Virus record (IMG/VR): IMGVR_UViG_3300009678_000120
Span: 1-29,905 of that record
Length of the DNA: 29,905 bases
Source: a virus
Taxonomy: Duplodnaviria; Caudoviricetes
Reading direction: 5' to 3' (one strand)
Below, piece after piece: positions 1-6,085 of the stretch (positions are counted from its first letter, which is position 1; each line of letters starts with the position of its first letter). The position numbers were made by a program, and so were the translations under genes. The notes beneath the pieces were generated by a model. The model worked only from the letters and a program-made list of their open reading frames with translations, was not told the origin of the DNA and did not search any database.

Positions 1-1
1 A

Positions 2-394
2 GCGCTCCCACAGGTGCGCCGCACGCGCGACATGGGGTACACCGTGCCGCTTGCCGTTGTGCAGCACGTACAGCGGATGGCCGTTGATCGTGCGGGTGTC
101 GCGCGCGGCTTGCAGGATCTGATCGATCAGCGCATCGCCGATGTTCTCCATCGTGCCGACCATCGCGCAGTCCCAGTAGCGCGCGAGGGTGATGCCCGCG
201 ACGCGCGCACAGTACTTGTAGGCCGCATGGTGCGGCTTGTCGCCGTCGTTGTAGCGCCGGTAGTAGAAGCGCATGAACTTGTTCCACGCGAGTCCGGCCT
301 CGCCGCAGCCGCCTTCCTTGACCAGCTTGCCGACGCGCGCGACATCGTCAGCGCGCCGTCCTTCCCACAGCAGTACAGGTCTGGGGTTGCTCAC
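2..394 (-). CDS. Hypothetical phage protein, runs off the left edge (MSNPRPVLLWEGRR...FYYRRYNDGDK...)
   Basis: Translated by hand; GTG start at 394 overlaps the TGA of the upstream gene and has a GGAGG SD; open to the window edge; absent from the ORF track. Confidence 0.75.
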   Translation of the reverse strand, partial: MSNPRPVLLWEGRRADDVARVGKLVKEGGCGEAGLAWNKFMRFYYRRYNDGDKPHHAAYKYCARVAGITLARYWDCAMVGTMENIGDALIDQILQAARDTRTINGHPLYVLHNGKRHGVPHVARAAHLWER

Positions 395-603
395 GATGCG
401 GCCTCCACGCGCACAGGTGCGCCATTGACCCAGCGGTAGTTGACGGGATCGTCGGACTCGACAACACGCGTCTCGCGCACCGCGAGCCAGCGCGACATGA
501 GATCCGCCACGTTCTGCTCTGCCTCTTCGCGCGTGGCGAAGCGCAGCGCGTTGCCGTACCAGTTGCCGCTGGCGTCGGTTTGAACTTCGGGTTTGTAGCT
601 CAC
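391..603 (-). CDS. Hypothetical phage protein (70 aa, WYGNALRFATREEA motif)
   Basis: GTG start with GGAGG SD; GTGA coupling at both ends. Confidence 0.85.
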   Translation of the reverse strand: MSYKPEVQTDASGNWYGNALRFATREEAEQNVADLMSRWLAVRETRVVESDDPVNYRWVNGAPVRVEAAS

Positions 604-926
604 GATGCGGCCTCCTGGTTGCCTGGTTTCAGCGTCTTCAGCATCTCGACCAATTCGGAGGTGAAGATGGCGAACTTCCCGCGTTCGTCGTAGCGCATGT
701 AGTGGCGGGAATCTTTCGCGCCGGTGCGGGTGCGCCTGATCGTCAGCGTGAAGTAGTCGTCCTGAAAATTGTAGGTGATCTCCGCGAGTTGCCCGAACCG
801 GCCCGAATGCTCAATAGCAATCGTGCCGGTGTTGGCCCACGCCTCACGCGCGAGAGGCTCGAAACCGTGCGCCGTTATCAGGTCGCGCACGATGCCGATG
901 ATTTTCTTCTGCGATTCAGATGCCAT
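600..926 (-). CDS. Hypothetical phage protein (108 aa)
   Basis: ATG preceded by GGAGCCCCGCAAC; coupled to the downstream gene. Confidence 0.8.
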   Translation of the reverse strand: MASESQKKIIGIVRDLITAHGFEPLAREAWANTGTIAIEHSGRFGQLAEITYNFQDDYFTLTIRRTRTGAKDSRHYMRYDERGKFAIFTSELVEMLKTLKPGNQEAAS

Positions 927-941
927 GTTGCGGGGCTCCGG

Positions 942-1208
942 TTAGGTGAAAAGGTCGATGTTGTTGATCCACTTGATAGCGGCTTCCTCATTCCTGCCTG
1001 CGTGGCGGAGTACGGCTTTGCCGTTCACCCGCTCGCGCAGATCCCACGCCTCGACTATGTCGAAGGTGCGATTGCCCAGACTGCGTTTCACGTTCTTGCT
1101 GATTGCCCAGCGCAGACCGTCAGTCGAAGTCATGCGTTTCTTCGCGCCGTCCTGCGAGACGCACGATGCGGCGCGCAGGGTCGAGACGCGATAGTTCATC
1201 TGTGCCAT
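942..1208 (-). CDS. Hypothetical phage protein (88 aa)
   Basis: ATG directly after the TAG of the upstream gene; GGAGG SD. Confidence 0.75.
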   Translation of the reverse strand: MAQMNYRVSTLRAASCVSQDGAKKRMTSTDGLRWAISKNVKRSLGNRTFDIVEAWDLRERVNGKAVLRHAGRNEEAAIKWINNIDLFT

Positions 1209-1568
1209 CTATGCGGCCTCCTCTTTCACGGTCGCGCGCGCGATCAGTTGCTGGATCAGCCACGCGCGCACGCGCGCCATCGTCGGGCCATCAACGTCCC
1301 ACGCGCGTACGTGACCGCACAGGCACAGCCCCTGATCGATGGGTGTCATGTTGAACTCGCGCTCGCGTCGGCTGTGCCAGTCGAGCAGCAGCGTCTCGAC
1401 GTAGTAGCGCCCGCCGGTGAATTGCCCGCGCTCGCCGAACGTCTCTTTGTCTGCGGTCGCATCGTAGAACTCGACCTGCGGTGCGCCCTCGACGGTGAGG
1501 CAGTCATTGAGCCCGTAGCGGTCGCCCGCGAAGATGACGCGCACGTTGAACTTCCCGAATTGCTTCAT
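1209..1568 (-). CDS. Hypothetical phage protein (119 aa, GDRYG...EFYD...GQF...RYY...GLCL motif)
   Basis: Start re-called at ATG 1568 (ATGA overlap, AGGA upstream); motif pattern resembles recurring phage hypotheticals (from memory). Confidence 0.8.
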   Translation of the reverse strand: MKQFGKFNVRVIFAGDRYGLNDCLTVEGAPQVEFYDATADKETFGERGQFTGGRYYVETLLLDWHSRREREFNMTPIDQGLCLCGHVRAWDVDGPTMARVRAWLIQQLIARATVKEEAA

Positions 1569-1861
1569 GGCCTGGTTTCCTGGTTGGTGGACATGTCGCA
1601 GACCCACAATGTGGTGCCGCTCTTCTCTGCCCAGAACTGATCCGCGTGCTTGCGCCATTCGCCGCCAACATCGTGCCGGGGCTTGGTGCGGTACGCGGCG
1701 AAGTAGCAGTCGCCGATGCTGTAGACCATGGGCGCGACGTATCGCTGGTAGCGGTAGTCGCGGATCGATTCGATGTCGGTCGAGAACGCACCCGCGATGA
1801 TCGCGGCCGCGCTGTCGCGCCTGATCGCGCGGGTTATGTGGCGGATATCGTGTTCATTCAT
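1565..1861 (-). CDS. Hypothetical phage protein (98 aa)
   Basis: ORF tiles the operon with an ATGA overlap downstream. Confidence 0.75.
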   Translation of the reverse strand: MNEHDIRHITRAIRRDSAAAIIAGAFSTDIESIRDYRYQRYVAPMVYSIGDCYFAAYRTKPRHDVGGEWRKHADQFWAEKSGTTLWVCDMSTNQETRP

Positions 1862-1896
1862 TTTTCGGTGTCCAGTGGTTGCGGTAGACAGTGCTG

Positions 1897-1926
1897 ATTG
1901 TAATCGATCCCGGCGGGAAATGGTAT
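1897..1926 (-). promoter_or_regulatory. Possible internal leftward promoter (-10 TACAAT, weak -35)
   Basis: CGAT-TACAAT in the only ~80 bp intergenic gap of this part of the operon, the same CGAT context as the promoter at 5743-5771; -35 region matches consensus poorly. Confidence 0.4.
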
Positions 1927-1940
1927 CGCCTGGGAATTAA

Positions 1941-2270
1941 TTATTTGCGGGCCTCTTGTTCCTGATGGGCCAATTCGGCCTCGACTACCCGCCGGTAGCT
2001 CTCGCCCCATGGCTCGCCCGAATCGAAGGTGATGCCCGACAGGGACTGGCACAGCGCGCCGTCTGCGCTGTACAGGAAGCAGTGCCACGCGCCGTGTTCA
2101 TCGCTGTCCTGATCGCGCTCCCACGCGAATCGCCAGCCGTTGTCGCGAGCCCATTCCTCCGCGCTCGCGAGTAGCTCCGCGCACCGCGTGCGCCCGGACA
2201 AGGGTGATTCCGGCGGCGAGTAGGAATAGCCTGCGTGATCGAAAAAGAATCGCTGGCGTGCGTTCATCAC
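1941..2270 (-). CDS. Hypothetical phage protein (108-109 aa, FFFDHAGYSY...YRRVVEAELA)
   Basis: GTG/ATG start with GGGAG SD, overlapping the upstream TGA. Confidence 0.85.
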   Translation of the reverse strand: MMNARQRFFFDHAGYSYSPPESPLSGRTRCAELLASAEEWARDNGWRFAWERDQDSDEHGAWHCFLYSADGALCQSLSGITFDSGEPWGESYRRVVEAELAHQEQEARK

Positions 2271-2617
2271 TTCGCTCCCTTATTGGCTCGCGCGGCGGCG
2301 AGAAACTTGTCGAACAGTCGCGAGTAGCGGTCCACCTGATCGCGCCCCGCGCTCAGGAAAAACCAGACCTTGGATTCAGAGCCCGCGCTCGGGAGCGCGC
2401 CCCATTGCCGCGCGTGGCGCACGTCGAGATAGGCGTGCCACGCTGCGCGCTTCGCGGGATCTTTGGGCGCGCTCGCGTATACGGTCCAGACCTTATTGCG
2501 CCGGTAGACAATGCTCGCGAGTGCTTCGCGGCATTCATCGTCTAGCAGGTGCGCGAAGGCGTGCGCGTTGACATAGTCGCGCGCTGTATCGAATCGATCA
2601 GTTGTTTTGATGGCCAT
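2267..2617 (-). CDS. Hypothetical phage protein (116 aa)
   Basis: Start re-called at ATG 2617 (GGGAG SD, just after the upstream stop). Confidence 0.7.
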   Translation of the reverse strand: MAIKTTDRFDTARDYVNAHAFAHLLDDECREALASIVYRRNKVWTVYASAPKDPAKRAAWHAYLDVRHARQWGALPSAGSESKVWFFLSAGRDQVDRYSRLFDKFLAAARANKGAK

Positions 2618-2621
2618 GTTT

Positions 2622-2825
2622 CTATGCTCCCGCACTACATGCTTTTGCGTGACTGATTGCCAAGTCTGCGAGGCACCGAACCTGTGCTTCGCAGTGCCGC
2701 GCGCGTGCCTCATACCGCATTGCACAGCCGCGCGTATTGGTAACGCGCGCAGACTTCGCAGCCGCGCGCCATGCACGGCTGCGCTGCGCCCAAAATACAG
2801 CTTGGTCGATGCCCTTCATTTTCAT
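2622..2825 (-). CDS. Hypothetical Arg/Ala-rich protein (67 aa)
   Basis: Start re-called at ATG 2825 (ATGA overlap, GGGAG/AGGA upstream). Confidence 0.65.
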   Translation of the reverse strand: MKMKGIDQAVFWAQRSRAWRAAAKSARVTNTRGCAMRYEARARHCEAQVRCLADLAISHAKACSAGA

Positions 2826-3052
2826 TTCCTGGCTCCCTGGGTTTGTGCGTTCAGTAGCGTCAATCGGTCGCGCACAGCGTCTAACTCCGCGTACAGCTTG
2901 CCCGCGTACGCGTCGCGCGCGTCGCCCTGTGCGGCGATGGTGGCGTAGATATCCGCCCGCGCGCCTTCGCACGCTGCGCGCTCTTTGCGAGCCCACAGCG
3001 CGCTATAGCGGGGATAGTGGAACGCGTACGCGGTTTCGTATGTGTGCAGCAT
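2822..3052 (-). CDS. Hypothetical protein (76 aa, MLHTYETAYAFHYPR...)
   Basis: Start re-called at ATG 3052 (TAATG overlap, GGAGCCCCGC SD motif). Confidence 0.7.
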   Translation of the reverse strand: MLHTYETAYAFHYPRYSALWARKERAACEGARADIYATIAAQGDARDAYAGKLYAELDAVRDRLTLLNAQTQGARK

Positions 3053-3288
3053 TAGCGGGGCTCCGGGCGACAGTAGGACAAGAATGCGGCGCACGCGCGC
3101 GGATAGTGGAACGCGCGGATATAGCTGATGCGATTGCCGCGCATTTGGATTGCGTGCAATCGCGACAGATTCGGATTATCCGGGCCAAGCTTGATCCATT
3201 GCCCGCGCTGCAAGCGCAGGCATCCGGATTCAATCTGCGCGAGTGTAGTTGCATCCCATAGGTCTACGGGCGCGATGTAACGTGGCAT
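3052..3288 (-). CDS. Hypothetical protein (78 aa, LRLQRGQWIK motif)
   Basis: ATG with GGAG SD; tiles the operon. Confidence 0.75.
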   Translation of the reverse strand: MPRYIAPVDLWDATTLAQIESGCLRLQRGQWIKLGPDNPNLSRLHAIQMRGNRISYIRAFHYPRACAAFLSYCRPEPR

Positions 3289-3309
3289 AACGTTCTCCAG
3301 GTTTCCAGG

Positions 3310-3528
3310 TTAGTCGGCAGTCAATCGATCGATCATACGTTGCCTATTGCGCGCTTTGAGACGCCACGCCTGCGCCATATGCGCCCGCGCGTGTCCGCGC
3401 AATGCGGCGGCATCATTGGCATACCCTGCCACGCCTGCGCGCCACGCGAGCCTGTGCGACTGGCGCGCGTGCATTACATGGAATCGCAAAGCTTCGACGT
3501 ACGCGCGTGCGCTCTCGAAAGTGTGCAT
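3310..3528 (-). CDS. Hypothetical Arg/Ala-rich protein (72 aa)
   Basis: ATG with AGGGGA SD. Confidence 0.7.
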   Translation of the reverse strand: MHTFESARAYVEALRFHVMHARQSHRLAWRAGVAGYANDAAALRGHARAHMAQAWRLKARNRQRMIDRLTAD

Positions 3529-3541
3529 AGGTTTCCCCTAG

Positions 3542-3679
3542 TTAGTTGTAATAACGTTGGCGCAGTAGCCACAGGTCCAATCGATAGAATCGAAGCTTGC
3601 GCGGCAATCCCTGTGCGCGGGCATGGCGGATTGCGCGCAGTAGCCACGCGCGGCGGAATCGGTACTCTTTAGGAAACAT
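3542..3679 (-). CDS. Hypothetical Arg-rich peptide (45 aa, MFPKEYRFRRAWLLRAIRHAR...)
   Basis: Start re-called at ATG 3679 (GAGG SD just after the stop of the Gp88-like gene); similar to 4563-4727. Confidence 0.65.
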   Translation of the reverse strand: MFPKEYRFRRAWLLRAIRHARAQGLPRKLRFYRLDLWLLRQRYYN

Positions 3680-3690
3680 GGTCTGTGCCT

Positions 3691-4566
3691 CTAGTGAACA
3701 GCGATAATGATATCGACGTTGTTGAACCGAACCGAACCGCAAGCATGGTCGCCATTCGGCAAGCACGCGCCACACTTGCCCGGACACGTAAAAGCTTTGC
3801 GCCCGTACGCTGCGCGGAGCGCGGCATTAGTCTCCCGCGTACCGTGATCGCGCGATTGCACGCGTCGCCCTATCGACACTGCGCGGAATGCGCCGCGCGC
3901 GTATGGGAGCGATGCCGCGCGTGCTTCGATATCGGGCGCGTATCGATGCCCACCGCTAAGGTTCAGCAGGTAGTTGGCGGGCATCGGCTCGCACGTTGTG
4001 AGTAGCTCTAGGCTTTTGCTGTATCCATACGCGCGGATCGTAGGATTCGCGACAAGCGTATCGCGCCAGAATGCGACATCCTGTGCGGTTCGGAAATCCC
4101 CATCTACATACAATCGAAGCGTGCAATCGCTGAATGCCGCTAGAGCATTCGCGATAGTCGCGCGCCCATCGGGCGATTGGAGTAGCCAAGCATTCTGGCA
4201 TTGGCGCGCGAATGCTGCCGGATAGCGCCATGCGCGGAATGAATAGCACCATTCGAGGCACGCGCCCGCGCCCGGACAGAATCGCGCGCCCGGCAGACTG
4301 CTAAACGCTACAAACGGTAGCTTGTCATTCCCATCGGGAATGAAAACCTGGAACCCAGGATTTCCCGTCTCGATCACGCGCGCCAGCACGCGCAGAAACT
4401 TCCGCCATTGTCTGCCAATACGCGGAACGCGACAGATAGTGCGAATCGCGCGGAGCGCTCGCGCGCTGTCATGGTCAGCGATTGCCTCGCACAGTGGCGC
4501 GAGCATGGCGCGCGATACTGGTACAGGCACAAGCTTTGCGGGCGCGGCAATGTTCGTGCTGATCAT
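3691..4566 (-). CDS. Gp88-family (phage gene product 88-like) Cys-cluster protein, radical-SAM-like (291 aa)
   Basis: Motifs GNDKL..FSSLP..CPGAGACLEWCY, RLYVDGDF, YGYSK, NLS and C-terminal CPGKCGAC-x7-C...IAVH match my recollection of the Gp88 family; start re-called at ATG 4566 (ATGA overlap). Confidence 0.75.
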   Translation of the reverse strand: MISTNIAAPAKLVPVPVSRAMLAPLCEAIADHDSARALRAIRTICRVPRIGRQWRKFLRVLARVIETGNPGFQVFIPDGNDKLPFVAFSSLPGARFCPGAGACLEWCYSFRAWRYPAAFARQCQNAWLLQSPDGRATIANALAAFSDCTLRLYVDGDFRTAQDVAFWRDTLVANPTIRAYGYSKSLELLTTCEPMPANYLLNLSGGHRYAPDIEARAASLPYARGAFRAVSIGRRVQSRDHGTRETNAALRAAYGRKAFTCPGKCGACLPNGDHACGSVRFNNVDIIIAVH

Positions 4567-4727
4567 GCTCGCGCGCTCCGAATGTAGGCCAGATACTGGC
4601 GCGCGTGCTTGTGCGAATCGCACCATATGTGATGCGCCAGCGGGAAACGGTATCCCATCATTGCGCGATAGTGCGCGAGTACGCGCAGTGTCGCGCGGCG
4701 TTCGGTTCGGTATTCGCGGAGTGTCAT
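4563..4727 (-). CDS. Hypothetical Arg-rich peptide (54 aa, MTLREYRTERRATLRVLAHYR...)
   Basis: ATG at 4727 follows the GGAG SD at the end of the repeated leader cassette; ATGA-coupled to the Gp88-like gene. Confidence 0.7.
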   Translation of the reverse strand: MTLREYRTERRATLRVLAHYRAMMGYRFPLAHHIWCDSHKHARQYLAYIRSARA

Positions 4728-4734
4728 TTGCGGG

Positions 4735-4815
4735 GCTCCAATGTTGTGCGGGGTTAGCGGCTCGAATGGCCACTGCACAACGTGCGACGCGCGCACGCTG
4801 GCCAGTGGTCACGCG
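4735..4815 (-). repeat. Intergenic cassette copy 1 (stop codon + long hairpin + conserved leader + SD)
   Basis: 4735-4775 is identical to 5492-5532 (41 bp); CAGTGGTCACGCG is shared on the other side of a variable hairpin interior. Confidence 0.95.
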
Positions 4816-5285
4816 TCTACCGCGCGCACGCTACGCACGGGTTCGCCCGCGTGCATCAGCGTCACAAACTCGCCCGCGCAGCGTGCGCGCGGGTTACGCG
4901 TCGCGCGTACGTACTCCGCATAGATGTCATCGGCCATTGCGGAATCCGCGCCGGTATAAACCGTCCCGATGTTGCCTACGATGACAGCGTACGCGGGCGT
5001 CGCGCGACAGTGGCGCGCGTGCTGTGCGAGGCATTTGTACGTTAGCTCGCGCGTGCAATGCGGGCACTGTGCGAACAGACGCGAGCCCATGCGCCGCACC
5101 ATTGTCCCGCGCGACGTACGCGCGCCACTGTGCGCGGGCAGTGGATTGATCCACACGGTAACCCCTTGGATTACCGTGCGCGGATGTCCCGCTATGGGAG
5201 CCCGTCCCGATGGATAGCCAAGCATGGTGATTACGTCGCGAGCCCACGCGTTAGAGGCATAACCGTATTTGTGAGTCTTAATCAT
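4809..5285 (-). CDS. Hypothetical two-domain protein with a Zn-finger-like motif (158 aa)
   Basis: GGGAG SD; CPHC-x11-H-x3-C motif, then a YAVIVGNIGTVY...GEFVTL domain. Confidence 0.8.
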   Translation of the reverse strand: MIKTHKYGYASNAWARDVITMLGYPSGRAPIAGHPRTVIQGVTVWINPLPAHSGARTSRGTMVRRMGSRLFAQCPHCTRELTYKCLAQHARHCRATPAYAVIVGNIGTVYTGADSAMADDIYAEYVRATRNPRARCAGEFVTLMHAGEPVRSVRAVDA

Positions 5286-5297
5286 GGCGAGTGCTCC

Positions 5298-5483
5298 CTA
5301 GATTTTCGCGCGTGCTGCGCGGATGAATTCATCGATGCCCGACATTTCTGCCAGTCCCAAAATCCGCGCAGCCTGTGGGACTGCGTCCGTTCCTGCCAGA
5401 CCCTGCGCGATCAGCCATCGGGCAAGGTTGGCGAGTGCAGTTACCGTGTGCAGGCTCGCGGGGCATTTGCGCTGTGCGTTCAT
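5298..5483 (-). CDS. Hypothetical protein (61 aa)
   Basis: ATG at 5483 follows the GGAG SD of cassette copy 2. Confidence 0.7.
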   Translation of the reverse strand: MNAQRKCPASLHTVTALANLARWLIAQGLAGTDAVPQAARILGLAEMSGIDEFIRAARAKI

Positions 5484-5491
5484 TCTCTCTA

Positions 5492-5569
5492 GCTCCAATG
5501 TTGTGCGGGGTTAGCGGCTCGAATGGCCACTGGTCTGCACTCGCGCGGAGTGCAGGCAGTGGTCACGCG
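5492..5569 (-). repeat. Intergenic cassette copy 2 (stop codon + long hairpin + conserved leader + SD)
   Basis: Same as copy 1; hairpin GGCCACTG-G-TCTGCACTC-GCGCG-GAGTGCAGG-CAGTGGTC at 5525-5564. Confidence 0.95.
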
Positions 5570-5679
5570 ACGCGACGCGTGGGGATTGGCCAGTGGCGCG
5601 GGGCGCGCTGGTACTGGACAGCGTGAACGCGGAGCGCCAGATACTGGCGATAGGTTCGGCATCGGGATGTTGCGGGCAT
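5563..5679 (-). CDS. Putative first gene of the early operon (38 aa, MPATSRCRTYRQYLALR...)
   Basis: AAAGGA SD, downstream of the predicted promoter; its TGA falls at the same cassette position as the stop of 4809-5285. Confidence 0.55.
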   Translation of the reverse strand: MPATSRCRTYRQYLALRVHAVQYQRAPRHWPIPTRRVA

Positions 5680-5742
5680 GTCATCGATCCTTTCGTGAGT
5701 GTGGGTTAACGGTTCTTCCGCCGTCCCTTTCGGGCAACTCGG

Positions 5743-5771
5743 AATATAATCGCTGTCCAGTGGATACACAA
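5743..5771 (-). promoter_or_regulatory. Sigma70-type early promoter TTGTGT-N17-TATATT
   Basis: -35 at 5771-5766, exact 17-bp spacer, -10 at 5748-5743, AT-rich upstream, points into the leftward operon. Confidence 0.65.
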
Positions 5772-6000
5772 TCACTTTGTGCATTATTACCTATCCTGTG
5801 GGAATGGCATGGTTTCGCTGTGACATTCGGTCGGGATTCTGTGTAAGTGATAAACAGGAAAAGAATCGCTCCCAATGGAGAGAGAGAGAAAACACATTAC
5901 TTTCCCGCACGTAGAATCCCGTCACACTTCGAGCTAATCCCCTATCCATACCGTGTAATCGTGCTTCATCTATATACCAGTGGCGCGGCAATCCCCGAAC

Positions 6001-6040
6001 CCCGCGCCAGTGTCACACTACCCGCGCATTTGTCACACTT
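6001..6040 (+). repeat. Tandem imperfect 20-mer (CCCGCGCNNNTGTCACACTW x2)
   Basis: CCCGCGCCAGTGTCACACTA / CCCGCGCATTTGTCACACTT, 16/20 identical; GTCACACT also at 5921-5928. Confidence 0.8.
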
Positions 6041-6085
6041 ATCCACAGGGTATATGTTAACAATGGGAAGGGTTATCCACAGGGT
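6039..6085 (+). promoter_or_regulatory. Two perfect DnaA boxes (TTATCCACA) within TTATCCACAGGGT direct repeats
   Basis: TTATCCACA at 6039-6047 and 6073-6081, both followed by GGGT, 34 bp apart, in the non-coding region. Confidence 0.65.

Noticed and set aside
14-5500. Plus-strand ORFs over the early region (e.g. 14-439, 702-1640, 4322-4984)
   Set aside because: The minus-strand ORFs tile with SD sites and start/stop overlaps; the plus-strand ORFs lack these and appear to be shadows.
4735-5569. Repeated cassette as a CRISPR repeat or integron attC site
   Set aside because: Only two copies, 757 bp apart with genes between them; no cas genes or integron integrase; the ends do not fit the RYYYAAC/GTTRRRY attC cores.
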